From: Actinomycetota bacterium
GTDB taxonomy: Bacteria; Actinomycetota; Acidimicrobiia; Acidimicrobiales; SZUA-35
Assembly (NCBI GenBank): GCA_039029735.1
Contig: JBCCFL010000003.1
Location: 12,257-76,256 of the forward strand
Reading direction: 5' to 3'
Length of the DNA stretch: 64,000 nucleotides
Both the position numbers and the translations under genes were made by a program. Positions 17,835 to 28,093 of this stretch are shown here, piece by piece (position 1 is the first letter of the stretch; each line of letters starts with the position of its first letter). The notes under the pieces were generated by a model. It made no database searches. It was not told the origin of the DNA and saw only the letters and a program-made list of their open reading frames with translations.

Positions 17835-19988
17835 TCACGGGTTCGATGTGGTCGTCTCCGACTCGACCGCCGTGGTGGTGGTCTCGCCGGCTGCGGTGGT
17901 CGTGGTCGACTCGGTGCCGTCGGTGTCATCGGGGGCTGGGGCTGGTGCGGGATCGATGGCGGCGACCTGGTTGAGGAACGACGCTGCGATCGGGGCCGCC
18001 GTGGATCCGCCGAACTCGCCACCTTCGACGAACACGGCGAAGGCAAGGTTGCCCTGGAACCCGACGAACCAGGCGTGGGAACGGGGCGGCACCTCGATGC
18101 CGAACTCGGCGGTACCGGTCTTGCCCGACACCGGGCCGCCCGCCACGTTGCGAACGGCTCCACCTGTACCGTCGGTGACCACCTCACGCATGAGATCACG
18201 CAGGGTGGAGGCCGCCGCCGGATTCAGGTCGAAGGTGTTCTGTGGGCCCGGCGTTGGCGAGGTCACGATGCGGGGCGAGCGGTACACGCCATCGGCGGCT
18301 GACGACGCCATCACCGCCGCCGCCAACGGGCTGACGAGCGTTTCGCCCTGACCGAACGACGTGGCCGCCAATGACACGTTGTCTTCGGTCAGGGGCACGT
18401 TGCCGAGGTAGGCCTCGGTGCCCACCTCGGCGTCGTCGCCCAGGCCGAATGCCAACCCGGCGACCTGCAATGTGTCGGGTGCGAAGCCGGTCGAGGCATT
18501 GATGAATCCGGTATTGCACGAGAGCGAGAAGATCGTGCGGAACGGCACGGTGCCGAGCACCTCGCCGGCGGCGTTGGAGAACGTCCGGCCGCCAACCGTG
18601 ACGGTGAGGGGGCAGTCCACCGGACTCTGGGCCCCGAGCCCCGAACTGAGCAGGGCGTAGCCGGACACCACCTTGAAGATCGAGCCGGGCGGGTAGCGAC
18701 CCGTCATGGCGAAGTTGACCGACGCCCCACGTGGCCCGTTGGCGAGCGCCACGATCTCGCCAGTCGACACCTCGATCACCACCATCGCACTGGTGAGCTC
18801 GGTGGCGTCGAGTGCGTTCTCCGCCGCCTGCTGGAACCCCGGGTCGATGGTGGTGATCAGCGGCTCGCCATCGACGGCCGGCACCGTTGCCACCACGTCG
18901 GGCAGGAACGGGTTCCGCAGGGCCGCCGTCGTGGTGGGGCCGGTGCCCGTGGTGGTGGTGACCTCCACCTCCTCACCGGCGCTGCGGTCGACCACGATCT
19001 GGATGCCGGGCACGCCGGCGAGCACGGCGTTGTAGTCAGCCTGGAGGCCGGAGCGGCCAACGATGTCGCCCGGCTCGAACAACTCGGGGAACTCCTCGAT
19101 CTGCTCTGCGGTCACCTCGGCAGAGCGCCCGAGCAGTGCCCGGGCGAACGTGGCGTCGAAGGCTTCTGGCTGGTTCCGCTCGCGAAACACGGTGCCGGGC
19201 AACGGGAAGATGTCGTCGCGGATGGCGTCGTAGGAGGCACGGGGGAGCGTGGTGACATCGACGAAGGCATCCGGGTTGGCGGCGTTGACCCGGGCGATCA
19301 GATCCTCCGGATCGATCCCGACCAGGAGCTGAAGCTCGGCTGCCAGCGTCGGGAGATCCTCCACCCGGCTGGGCTGCACCCCGATGTCAACGAGGTCCAC
19401 CTCGGTGACGAGCACCGACCCATCGCGGCCCATGATGTCGGCCCGCTGCGGCGCAATCCGGTTTCGGCCGAGCGTGTCGCCGGGCCGCAGCGACGGCTCC
19501 AGCGCCGAGGGGCTCCAGACCGCAGCCCACCCGCCACCGGCGTCGTCGGGCTGGAGCTCGACCTCGGTGGACAGCGCCCATTCACGTTCGAGCGAGAACG
19601 TCCACACCAGATCGAGCGGGGCGACCACGAGCCCCCGGTCATTGCGCGCCACCGGGCCGGCGGTGGCCTGGACCTCGAACGGGGCGAGTCCGGCGGTGGT
19701 GGCATCGAGGGCGGCCGTGGCGAGCCCACCGTTCGTGCCGGCGAAGGCCACGTCGGTGAGGTCACCGCTGGTCAGCCCGGCGGCGAAGGCGTCGGCCACG
19801 ACCTGGGCTCCGTCGAGGGAGTCGATCGGTGCTGCTGTGGTCTCGGTCGACGTCGTCTGATCGCCCCCGGTGGCCTGCTCGGTGTCGCGGGGTCCGAAGA
19901 GGATCCCGAGCCCTGCGCCAACGGCGCCCAATGCGAGGATGACCATCGCGACGTTGATGAACGAGATCCTGCGACCTCCGTTGCTCAC
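17835..19988 (-). CDS. penicillin-binding protein (class B transpeptidase with an NTF2-like N-terminal domain)
   Basis: SxxK (GSIFKV), SxN (LSCNTG) and KTG (GKTGTAE) motifs. N-terminal TM anchor. GTG start at 19988. Thr-rich C-terminal tail. Confidence 0.85.
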   Translation of the reverse strand: MSNGGRRISFINVAMVILALGAVGAGLGILFGPRDTEQATGGDQTTSTETTAAPIDSLDGAQVVADAFAAGLTSGDLTDVAFAGTNGGLATAALDATTAGLAPFEVQATAGPVARNDRGLVVAPLDLVWTFSLEREWALSTEVELQPDDAGGGWAAVWSPSALEPSLRPGDTLGRNRIAPQRADIMGRDGSVLVTEVDLVDIGVQPSRVEDLPTLAAELQLLVGIDPEDLIARVNAANPDAFVDVTTLPRASYDAIRDDIFPLPGTVFRERNQPEAFDATFARALLGRSAEVTAEQIEEFPELFEPGDIVGRSGLQADYNAVLAGVPGIQIVVDRSAGEEVEVTTTTGTGPTTTAALRNPFLPDVVATVPAVDGEPLITTIDPGFQQAAENALDATELTSAMVVIEVSTGEIVALANGPRGASVNFAMTGRYPPGSIFKVVSGYALLSSGLGAQSPVDCPLTVTVGGRTFSNAAGEVLGTVPFRTIFSLSCNTGFINASTGFAPDTLQVAGLAFGLGDDAEVGTEAYLGNVPLTEDNVSLAATSFGQGETLVSPLAAAVMASSAADGVYRSPRIVTSPTPGPQNTFDLNPAAASTLRDLMREVVTDGTGGAVRNVAGGPVSGKTGTAEFGIEVPPRSHAWFVGFQGNLAFAVFVEGGEFGGSTAAPIAASFLNQVAAIDPAPAPAPDDTDGTESTTTTAAGETTTTAVESETTTSNP

Positions 19989-19989
19989 C

Positions 19990-20922
19990 TCAGTGTTCCT
20001 CCTGCTCGTCGATGTGGAACAGCGCCTCCTGGACGATCGACGCCACGAGCGTCCCCGACGCCGTCCAGACCTCGGCCCTGGCTGTGCCTCGCCCCTCCGT
20101 CACCACGACGGGGCGCTGATCGAGCAGCAGCCAGTCGGTGAGATCCACCGGCCGATGGAACCACATGGCGTGGTCGAGGCTGACGAACTCGACGCCGGGG
20201 CTGCCCCAGGTGGCGCCCCACGGGATGGCAACATTGTCGGCCAGCGACTCGTCGCTCTGGTAGGCGAGGAGCGACGCATGGAGGCCAGGGTCGGCCGGGA
20301 GTTCCCCGTCGGCCCGGATCCACAGCCGGATCCCACCGTGGGGAGAGGGCCCGGCCGGGGCCCAGGGAGCATTGACCGTTCGGAGATCGAGGCCGTAGTC
20401 GCGACGCGCCCACGCCTCGGGAAGCGGTAGCGGGTCGAGGCCCGCCATCAGGTCGCCGTAGCGAGGCAGCTCGTCGGGGCGGGGAACAGAGTGCAGGTCA
20501 TCCGGGGCGTCGAGGCCCTGATGGGCCGGCCCGGTCGTGGCGGCGGTGAACGACGCCATCATCTCGAGCTGCGTGCGCCCCTCGTCCTGCTCGACGCGCA
20601 CCCGCCGTGCCGCGAATCGGCGTCCGGTGCGAACCCTCTCGACCTCGAGCGAGAACGGTTGACCAGGTCGGCCGGCGCGGAGGAAGTAGGCGTGGAACGA
20701 GTGGATCCGCATCCCGGCGTCGACCGTGGCCGTGGCGGCCGAAACGGCCTGGCCGAGAAGGTGGCCGCCGAAGGTGGCGTCGACCCCGTCGTCGACCGAG
20801 CCGACCCCCTTGAATCGGTCGTCGCCGATCGGCGACGGCGTCGCGATGTCGATCAGCTGCTGCAACGCCGTAGTCACCAATGCTCCGGAACGGTCTCCGG
20901 GGACCGTCGTGTCGGGCCCCAC
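19990..20922 (-). CDS. tesB: acyl-CoA thioesterase II
   Basis: Double hot-dog pattern, FGGHLLGQAVSAA motif, and length of about 300 aa. Confidence 0.75.
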   Translation of the reverse strand: MGPDTTVPGDRSGALVTTALQQLIDIATPSPIGDDRFKGVGSVDDGVDATFGGHLLGQAVSAATATVDAGMRIHSFHAYFLRAGRPGQPFSLEVERVRTGRRFAARRVRVEQDEGRTQLEMMASFTAATTGPAHQGLDAPDDLHSVPRPDELPRYGDLMAGLDPLPLPEAWARRDYGLDLRTVNAPWAPAGPSPHGGIRLWIRADGELPADPGLHASLLAYQSDESLADNVAIPWGATWGSPGVEFVSLDHAMWFHRPVDLTDWLLLDQRPVVVTEGRGTARAEVWTASGTLVASIVQEALFHIDEQEEH

Positions 20923-21026
20923 CCAATGCGGCGAGACTAGCGCCCCTACCAGCGGTGGCCTGTTCGCCAGGCCGGTCGAGTGGCCCTAGCATCGCCGCCA
21001 CGGTCCGAGCCTGGGGGAGTAGCGCC

Positions 21027-21791
21027 ATGACGAACACGAATCCACGAGGTCGCCTGGCCGGCAAGGTGGCCCTCATCACCGGCGGAGCCCGCGGGCAAGG
21101 AGCCGAGGAAGGGCGCCTGTTCGCCGACGAGGGGGCAACGGTGGTGCTCACCGACGTGCTCGACGCCGAGGGCGAGGCCACTGCGGCGGGCATCGCTGGC
21201 GCCAGCTACCACTCGCTCGACGTCAGCTCCGAGGAACAGTGGAAAACGGTTGTCGACGCCGTCGTCGAACGTCACGGTCGGCTCGACGTGGTGGTCAACA
21301 ACGCCGGTATCGACTTCATCAAGAAGCTCGTCGGAACCACGCTGGAAGAGTACGAGCGGGTGATCGCCATCAACCAGGTGGGCGTGTTCCTCGGCATGCG
21401 AACCGCAGCCGAGGCGATGATTGCAGCCGAGACCGGCGGGTCGATCGTGAACATCAGCTCGGTTGCCGGCATCGAGGGCGTCCTGAACCGCACCGCGTAC
21501 TCGGCGTCGAAGTTCGCAGTCACCGGGATGACCAAGGTGGCAGCCAAGGAACTGGGCCGGCACGGCATCCGGGTGAACTCGGTGCACCCCGGGTTCATTG
21601 AAACGCCGATGACCGCCGATCTCCGACCGATGACCGACCCCGATATCCGGCAGCGGGTGGAACGGTCGGTGCCACTCGGCCGCTACGGCGTGTCGGGCGA
21701 CATTGCGCCGATGGTGCTGTTCCTCGCCAGCGACGAGTCGAGCTACTGCACGGGCCAGGCGTTCGTGGTGGACGGTGGCGTCCACCGCTGA
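21027..21791 (+). CDS. SDR-family oxidoreductase (3-alpha/20-beta-hydroxysteroid dehydrogenase-like)
   Basis: TGGARGQG cofactor motif, NNAG, and catalytic YSASK. Confidence 0.9.
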   Translation: MTNTNPRGRLAGKVALITGGARGQGAEEGRLFADEGATVVLTDVLDAEGEATAAGIAGASYHSLDVSSEEQWKTVVDAVVERHGRLDVVVNNAGIDFIKKLVGTTLEEYERVIAINQVGVFLGMRTAAEAMIAAETGGSIVNISSVAGIEGVLNRTAYSASKFAVTGMTKVAAKELGRHGIRVNSVHPGFIETPMTADLRPMTDPDIRQRVERSVPLGRYGVSGDIAPMVLFLASDESSYCTGQAFVVDGGVHR

Positions 21792-22416
21792 GCCTGGACG
21801 GGCGGACCTTCGCCGGTACTACGACGCCGAAGCCGCCGGCCGGCTGCGTCCGGCCAACGGTCCCCGCCGCCAGCACCTCCTCAGCCAGTTCATCACCCTC
21901 GTGCAGGGCGAGCAGCGCTCGATGGTGCTCGATCTCGGCGCTGGGCCCGGGCGCGATCTCGACGGTTTCACCGCCGCTGGCCTCCATGCCATCGGTGTGG
22001 ATCTCGCCCCTGCCAACGCCGTTGCGGCCGCCACTGAGAGCCTGATGGTCGTGCCTGGCGACGTCTCTGCGCCCCCGATTCGGCACCGCTCGTTCGACGC
22101 CGGCTGGTCGATGAGCACCCTCATGCACCTCACCGACGAGCCGCTGGCGGCAACGGCCGCCGGCATGGGCCGGTTGTTCGTTGTCGGCGCTCCGATCTGG
22201 ATCGGCCTGTGGGGCGGCGTGCGCCACGGCTACGACGATCACCACACCATCGATGGGGAGTCGCGTCACTTCGCCATTCGACCCGCCAGCGACAACCGAC
22301 GGCTATTGGCCGGCATCGGCGCGGTCGAGGGCGAGGAGATCTGGGACGTCGGGCCTGACAACTGGGAGTACCAGGTGTTCAAGCTGCGGGTGTCGGATCA
22401 GATCGGAGTGACCTGA
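21775..22416 (+). CDS. class I SAM-dependent methyltransferase
   Basis: Motif I VLDLGAGPGRD. The start is uncertain: GTG at 21775 is chosen here, while the ORF track starts at 21703 inside the SDR gene. Confidence 0.6.
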   Translation: MASTAEPGRADLRRYYDAEAAGRLRPANGPRRQHLLSQFITLVQGEQRSMVLDLGAGPGRDLDGFTAAGLHAIGVDLAPANAVAAATESLMVVPGDVSAPPIRHRSFDAGWSMSTLMHLTDEPLAATAAGMGRLFVVGAPIWIGLWGGVRHGYDDHHTIDGESRHFAIRPASDNRRLLAGIGAVEGEEIWDVGPDNWEYQVFKLRVSDQIGVT

Positions 22417-23275
22417 GGTCCGGCCACGAGTGGGCGGTGAGGCTCACCAGCACCACCAGCGCCCCCGCGATGCTCGCCACTGGTGGAGCCTCGCTGAGCA
22501 CGATCCAGGCCAGTGCGATCGCCACCGGCGTCTCGGCCGAGCCGAGGAGCCCGGACTCTGCTGCCGGAATCCGCATCGTGCCCGCGATCCAGCACACCGT
22601 GGCTGCTGCGAACACCACACCGAACAGCACCAGAAGGCCGGCGTCGCGAGCCGACACGGCGAGAGGGTCGGTCATGATCCAGCCGACGGCGAAGAGCATT
22701 GGTCCACCGGCCGCGCCGGCAAGGACGCCGTCGGTGTTCGGGAATGCCCGGATGAGCACCATGTAGATCGCGTTGAGCGCCACCATCGCGAGGGCCATGA
22801 CGTCGCCGACGAGATCGGGGGATCCCGTGCTCGCGCCCACCACCAGGATCACGCCGACGAAGGAGGCGCCGGCCGCGGTCACCGTGCGGGGGCGGATGGG
22901 CTCTCCCCGCACCAGACGTTCGAGCACCGCCGCCACGAACGGGATGGTGGCGTAGATCACCGACACATTGGCCACGTGGGTGTGCTTGAACGCCACGATG
23001 AACGTGACCGACCCGACGGCACCCACTGCGGCGATGAACCAGCCCGTGGGGCCGAGTCGGAACACCTCCCGGGTCGGGCGGCCGCGCCGGCGTGCCACCA
23101 CGTAGGCGGCGACGCCTGCGCCGCCCACGAGCCCCCGCCAGGTGAGGATCGTCCAGCTCCCGGCCTCGATTGCCTTGGTCAGCACCCCAGAGCAGCTGAA
23201 CAACACCGCCGAGACGAGTACGAGAACGGGCCCGAGCCAGCGCGGCCCTGTTCGAGAGGACCAGGTACTCAACAT
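22379..23275 (-). CDS. EamA/DMT-family transporter
   Basis: Ten predicted hydrophobic helices in two EamA-like halves. Start at the ATG at 23275 (MLSTWSS). Confidence 0.8.
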   Translation of the reverse strand: MLSTWSSRTGPRWLGPVLVLVSAVLFSCSGVLTKAIEAGSWTILTWRGLVGGAGVAAYVVARRRGRPTREVFRLGPTGWFIAAVGAVGSVTFIVAFKHTHVANVSVIYATIPFVAAVLERLVRGEPIRPRTVTAAGASFVGVILVVGASTGSPDLVGDVMALAMVALNAIYMVLIRAFPNTDGVLAGAAGGPMLFAVGWIMTDPLAVSARDAGLLVLFGVVFAAATVCWIAGTMRIPAAESGLLGSAETPVAIALAWIVLSEAPPVASIAGALVVLVSLTAHSWPDLRSLRSDPTPAA

Positions 23276-23344
23276 GGGAGGAGCGTATGATCGTCTCGAT
23301 GGCTCCAGAAGCACGTTCTTCGAATCAAGAACCTCGGAATCGGT

Positions 23345-24313
23345 ATGGCTGACTATCAGCAGGGTCTGCCGCCGCTTGCCACCCTCGTCGCCTTCGAGGC
23401 CGCGCATCGCCACCGCAACTTCACCAGGGCGGCGGCCGAGCTCCACACGTCCCAGGCCACCGTGAGCCGGCGGGTGCGTGAACTCGAGGTCGACCTCGCC
23501 GTGTGTCTGTTCGAGCGGAACCGCTACGACGTCACACCGACCCCGGGGGCCGATGACTTCGCCGCCTCGGTCCGTCTGGCGCTCGGTGCGCTCGTGTCAG
23601 GAGCCGACGAGCTGCGCCGCCAGGCAGTGGGGCCCGGGGCGCTGACAGTTCTCACGAGCCTGTCGCTGGCCTCATCGGTGGTGGCGCCTGTGATCGGAGA
23701 GATGCAGCGACGCCATCCGAAGCTCAATCTCCGGGTGCTCTCGGCGTGCGAGCCGATCGAGGCCACCACCGAGGTGTTCGACCTCGCCATCCAGTACGGG
23801 CCAGCCGAGGTCGCTCGCTACGAGGTCGAGGCGATCGCCGCTGAGCAGGTCTATCCGGTGTGTGCGCCGGATCTCGCGGCCCGGTTGTCGGCACGGCCCA
23901 CCGTCGAGGCGCTGGCCGACCAGGCGCTTCTCGACGTGGCCTACGACGATCCGAGCTGGATCGATTGGTCGCGATACCTGGCGGTGACCGGAGCCGGCAC
24001 CGCCGCTGCGCTCGGCCGGGTGGCGTTCTCGTCCTACCAGCTCTGCCTCGACGTGGCCGAGCGCGGCGAAGGGGTTGCCCTCGGGTGGGACCGGTCGGTG
24101 GCGAACCGGATCCAGGCAGGCACGCTCGTGCGTGTGCCGGGGATGGCGGCCGTCGATGCGGGCGCGATCAACGCCTACCTGCCTCGGTCGGTTGACTCAC
24201 GGGCTCGGCCCGGCGAGGTGCTGGAGCTCCTGGCGTTGCTGCGAGGAGCTGTGGCCGCGAACGAGCCCGGGGAGACAGCGCCGTTCGTGCCCAGCCCGAT
24301 ACGGGAGAGCTAG
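23345..24313 (+). CDS. LysR-family transcriptional regulator
   Basis: N-terminal HTH LVAFEAAHRHRNFTRAAAELHTSQATVSRRVRELE. Divergent from the EamA transporter gene. Confidence 0.85.
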   Translation: MADYQQGLPPLATLVAFEAAHRHRNFTRAAAELHTSQATVSRRVRELEVDLAVCLFERNRYDVTPTPGADDFAASVRLALGALVSGADELRRQAVGPGALTVLTSLSLASSVVAPVIGEMQRRHPKLNLRVLSACEPIEATTEVFDLAIQYGPAEVARYEVEAIAAEQVYPVCAPDLAARLSARPTVEALADQALLDVAYDDPSWIDWSRYLAVTGAGTAAALGRVAFSSYQLCLDVAERGEGVALGWDRSVANRIQAGTLVRVPGMAAVDAGAINAYLPRSVDSRARPGEVLELLALLRGAVAANEPGETAPFVPSPIRES

Positions 24314-24322
24314 CGTCGGGCT

Positions 24323-25168
24323 ATGGCAGACGACCCAGTGGCGCGCTCAGACCTCGAACTGGTGCGGGGTACCGTGGCGAACGAGGGCGAGGACGTGTAC
24401 TGGGAGCTCGTCCGGGCTGGCCGTGACGACGATCGACCAGCCGTGGTACTCACCCACGGAGCCGGCGGCACCCATGCCGTGTGGTTCCAGCAGATCCCGG
24501 CACTGGCCGCCCGCTACCGGGTGGTGACCTGGGACAGCCGAGGCTTCGGCAACTCCACCAACCGCAACGGCACCCCCACCGCCGACGCCGCCGCTTCCGA
24601 TCTCGCCGCCGTTCTGAACACCGCAGACGTGGAGCGGCCCCACCTCGTCGGTCAGTCGATGGGGGGCTGGTTCATCTCCGCCTTCGCCACCGCTGCTCCC
24701 GAGCGCGTGCGGTCGCTCACCTACGCCGACACCGTGGGTGGGCTCTGGACTGATGCCCTGCGCGAGGCGATCGCCGCCTTCACGGCCACCGGCGGCCTCG
24801 GCGAAGGCGGCCACGGGATCGGCACCCACCGGGCGCTGTGGCCAGGCACGGCAGAGACGAACCCCGCGCACGCCTTCCTCTATCAGGCCCTGGGCAGCTT
24901 CCATGATCCGCCCATGCGCTCGCTCGGTGCGGTGCTCGAGTGGACGGTCGCCCACGACACGATCGCCGGCATCGGGGTGCCCGTGATGATGATCGCGGGC
25001 ACCCACGACCAGATCTTCCCGGCGCCTGCCCTGGCTGCGTCGTGTGCATTGATCCCCGGCGCCCGCTACGTCGAGATCCCGGCGTCGGGCCACAGCCCCT
25101 ACTTCGAACAACCGGCAGCGTGGAACGATGCCATGCTCCAGTTCCTCTCCACCGTCGAGTCGAGCTGA
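24323..25168 (+). CDS. alpha/beta hydrolase
   Basis: HG oxyanion motif (LTHGAGG), nucleophile elbow GQSMGG, and a C-terminal His (SGHSPYFEQP). Confidence 0.8.
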   Translation: MADDPVARSDLELVRGTVANEGEDVYWELVRAGRDDDRPAVVLTHGAGGTHAVWFQQIPALAARYRVVTWDSRGFGNSTNRNGTPTADAAASDLAAVLNTADVERPHLVGQSMGGWFISAFATAAPERVRSLTYADTVGGLWTDALREAIAAFTATGGLGEGGHGIGTHRALWPGTAETNPAHAFLYQALGSFHDPPMRSLGAVLEWTVAHDTIAGIGVPVMMIAGTHDQIFPAPALAASCALIPGARYVEIPASGHSPYFEQPAAWNDAMLQFLSTVESS

Positions 25169-25184
25169 CAGGCCGGGGAGCACC

Positions 25185-25709
25185 GTGAAGGCTCGACACG
25201 TGGCCGCCCGCGACGGCTGGTCGTGCTGGCTGTGCCACGAGCCCGTCGACCCCGACGCCCCAGCCGGCTCGCCGGCATCGGCGACGGTCGACCACGTGGT
25301 GCCTCGGTCACGGGGCGGGCGCACGGTGCCGGAGAACCTCCGCTTGGCCCATCGGCGGTGCAACGGCGCCCGTGCGAACCATCTCCCTGAGCTGGCCTGG
25401 CCCGGCGAGTTCGGCTTGCTCGATGCGCCGTCGCTGTGGCGTTCGATCCGGCGGCTCGGAGCCCGGCCTGGAACAGCGGAGACCGTGGCGCTGGCTCCCA
25501 CGCCAGAGCTCGCCGAGCGGGCCGGGGAGTGGGCCGCCCGGGCCGCCGAGGCGTTCGTAGGGGCCGAGTGGACCTGGTCGGTGCGCCCGACCGGTGTCGG
25601 GCGCTGTCATGTGGTGGCGCTCCGGGTCGACGGGTCCCCGGCCGATCCCGGTCGCCCCTACGAACCCGACCCACGGGCGCTGAGCCGACGTCGTCGCCGC
25701 CGGCGCTGA
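25185..25709 (+). CDS. HNH endonuclease domain protein
   Basis: CWLCHEPV...DHVVPRSRGGRTVPENLRLAHRRCN (HNH with a Cys pair). GTG start preceded by GGGGAG. Confidence 0.7.
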   Translation: MKARHVAARDGWSCWLCHEPVDPDAPAGSPASATVDHVVPRSRGGRTVPENLRLAHRRCNGARANHLPELAWPGEFGLLDAPSLWRSIRRLGARPGTAETVALAPTPELAERAGEWAARAAEAFVGAEWTWSVRPTGVGRCHVVALRVDGSPADPGRPYEPDPRALSRRRRRRR

Positions 25710-25759
25710 CACGCCGGCCCATCTGACCCGCGCCGCCCCGGCGGCTACCGTCTCGTGCC

Positions 25760-28057
25760 ATGTCACCCACGCCCATGGCGGCCCACTGGGGCGCTGCCCT
25801 GATAGACAGCGACGGGCAGCGCGTCACCGGTGTGGAGGCGCATCCACTCGACCCCGATCCGTCGGTCATCGGCCAGGGCTTCCTTGCTGCCACTGAGTGC
25901 AGGGTGATGCGACCGGCGATTCGTCGCTCATGGCTCGAGGGCGGGCCCGGCACCGACGGCGATCGCCGCGGCCATGACCCGTTCGTCGAGGTGTCATGGG
26001 ATCGGGCGCTCGATCTCGCCGCCGCCGAACTGGCGCGGGTGCGCGACGAGCACGGCCACAGTGCCGTCTACGGCGCGTCGTACGGCTGGGGCTCGGCTGG
26101 GCGCTTCCATTTCCCCACCATCCAGATCGCCCGCTTCCTGCGGATGTTCGGGGGCTACACCGACGGCCGGGGCACCTACTCCGCGTCAGCGGCCGAAGCG
26201 ATCGTGCCCTACATCTACGGCATGCCGTACAGCCGGGCGATCGCCTCTCAGACGTCGTGGTCGCAGATCGCAGCCAACACCGACCTGGTGGTGAGCTTCG
26301 GAGGTCTGCGGATCTCGAACGCCCAGGTGACCTTCGGCGGCCAGGGGCCACACCATCTCGGTCGCTGGCTCCGGGCAGGTCGTGCCCGCGGCATCGACTT
26401 CGTCAACGTGAGCCCCCTCGCCGACGATCAACTCGATGATCTCGACGCCCACTGGATCGCACTGCGACCGGGCACCGACGTGGCCCTCATGGCCGCTCTG
26501 ATCCACACGATCGTGACCGACGGTCGGGCCGACGACGACTTCCTGGACCGCTACACCCACGGGTGGTCCGAGTTGTGGGCCCATCTGGCCGGCCACGACG
26601 ACGGCGTGGCCCGCTCCGCTCGGTGGGCCGCCGACATCACCGGACTGGCCGAGTCGGAGATCGTGGCTCTCGCCCGCCGCATGGTGGCGGGTCGCACGTT
26701 GATCAACCTGAGCCTCTCGATCCAGCGGGCCGATCACGGCGAGCAGACCTACTGGATGGCCCTCGCCCTGGCATCGGTGATCGGCCAGATCGGGCTACCC
26801 GGCGGCGGGATCTCGTTCCCCATGGGATCGAACGGCAGCACCGGTTCGGGCCAGGTTCGCAAGCGGGTGCCCGGCCTCCCCGTGCCGCCTCGCCCGGCCG
26901 AGGTGGTGGAGATCTCCACGTCGCGGATCGTGGAGCTGCTCGAACGGCCCGGTGAGGTGTTCCACTTCGACGGTCGGGCCGACGTACACCCCGACGTCAA
27001 GCTCGTGTACTGGGCCGGCGGCAACCCGTTTCACCATCACCAGGATCTGAATCGCCTGAGGAGAGCCTGGGCCCGGCCCGACACGGTGATCGTGCACGAG
27101 CCGTACTGGACCGCCACCGCCAAGCGGGCCGACATCGTGTTCCCCGTCACGGGGCCGCTCGAACGCGACGATCTCGGCGGGGCCGACTCGATGCTGGTCG
27201 CCATGACCAAGGCGATCGAGCCCGTCGGTGAGGCCCGCCACGACTACGACGTGTTCAGTGGCCTCGCCGCCCGCCTCGGGTTCGGGTCGGACTTCACCGA
27301 AGGGCGCACCGCGGAGGAGTGGATCCGGCACCTGTACGACCGGTTCGCCGCCGACAACGACGGCGCGCCCGACTTCGACACGTTCTGGGCCGATGGGTTC
27401 CTGCAGCACGACATGCCGACCTGGGGGGAGACCGAGCAGGTGTTCCTCGGGCCGTTCCGCGCCGACCCGCACGCCAACGCATTGGCCACGCCGTCGGGCC
27501 GGCTCGAACTCGCCTCGGCCACGATCGAGGGCTTCGGCTACCACGACTGCGCTGGCCATCCCCAGTGGTATGAGCCCTACGAGCGCCTCGGCGGCCCCGG
27601 GCCCGAAGCGGCGCGCTACGGCCTACACCTCGTCTCGAATCAGCCGAGCGTTCGGCTCCACAGCCAGTACGACCACGCGCCGATCAGTCAGGCCACCAAG
27701 GTTGCGGGACGAGAGCCGATCCGGATCCACCCCGATGCGGCCGCGGCACGCGGCATCGTCAACGGGGGAGTGGTGCGGGTGTTCAACGACCGGGGGAGCT
27801 GTCTCGCTGGCGTGGTGGTGAGCGACCGGGTGGCGCCGACGGTGGTGCAGATGGCGACCGGCGCCTGGTACGACCCGGACGCAGCCGGCATGTGCAAGCA
27901 CGGCAACCCCAACGTGCTCACTCGCGACAAGGGCACCTCCCAGCTGGCCCAGGGGCCCACTGCCCACACATGTCTGGTGGAGGTGGAGCCCTGGCAGGGG
28001 CCACTGCCGCCGGTGACCGCCCACGAACCACCGGAGCTGATCAGCGACGACGGCTGA
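25760..28057 (+). CDS. molybdopterin oxidoreductase, BisC/TorZ-like (biotin/S-oxide reductase family), cytoplasmic
   Basis: N-terminus AAHWGA...VSWDRALDLAAAELARVRDEHG...YGASYGWGSAG, as in BisC. No Tat signal and no Fe-S Cys cluster. Confidence 0.85.
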   Translation: MSPTPMAAHWGAALIDSDGQRVTGVEAHPLDPDPSVIGQGFLAATECRVMRPAIRRSWLEGGPGTDGDRRGHDPFVEVSWDRALDLAAAELARVRDEHGHSAVYGASYGWGSAGRFHFPTIQIARFLRMFGGYTDGRGTYSASAAEAIVPYIYGMPYSRAIASQTSWSQIAANTDLVVSFGGLRISNAQVTFGGQGPHHLGRWLRAGRARGIDFVNVSPLADDQLDDLDAHWIALRPGTDVALMAALIHTIVTDGRADDDFLDRYTHGWSELWAHLAGHDDGVARSARWAADITGLAESEIVALARRMVAGRTLINLSLSIQRADHGEQTYWMALALASVIGQIGLPGGGISFPMGSNGSTGSGQVRKRVPGLPVPPRPAEVVEISTSRIVELLERPGEVFHFDGRADVHPDVKLVYWAGGNPFHHHQDLNRLRRAWARPDTVIVHEPYWTATAKRADIVFPVTGPLERDDLGGADSMLVAMTKAIEPVGEARHDYDVFSGLAARLGFGSDFTEGRTAEEWIRHLYDRFAADNDGAPDFDTFWADGFLQHDMPTWGETEQVFLGPFRADPHANALATPSGRLELASATIEGFGYHDCAGHPQWYEPYERLGGPGPEAARYGLHLVSNQPSVRLHSQYDHAPISQATKVAGREPIRIHPDAAAARGIVNGGVVRVFNDRGSCLAGVVVSDRVAPTVVQMATGAWYDPDAAGMCKHGNPNVLTRDKGTSQLAQGPTAHTCLVEVEPWQGPLPPVTAHEPPELISDDG

Positions 28058-28093
28058 GCGCTGCCTGTCGCCGTGGCGCCCGTCGAGGTGCGC

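Noticed and set aside
17810-18199. Upstream extension of the SRPBCC ORF (302-aa version)
   Set aside because: The extension is Pro/Arg/Ser-rich and overlaps the 3' end of the PBP gene. The internal ATG at 17809 gives a normal-length SRPBCC protein.
25185-25709. HNH endonuclease as a marker of a mobile element or defence system
   Set aside because: There is no adjacent integrase, transposase, methyltransferase, terminase, repeats or compositional break. The flanking genes are ordinary metabolic genes.
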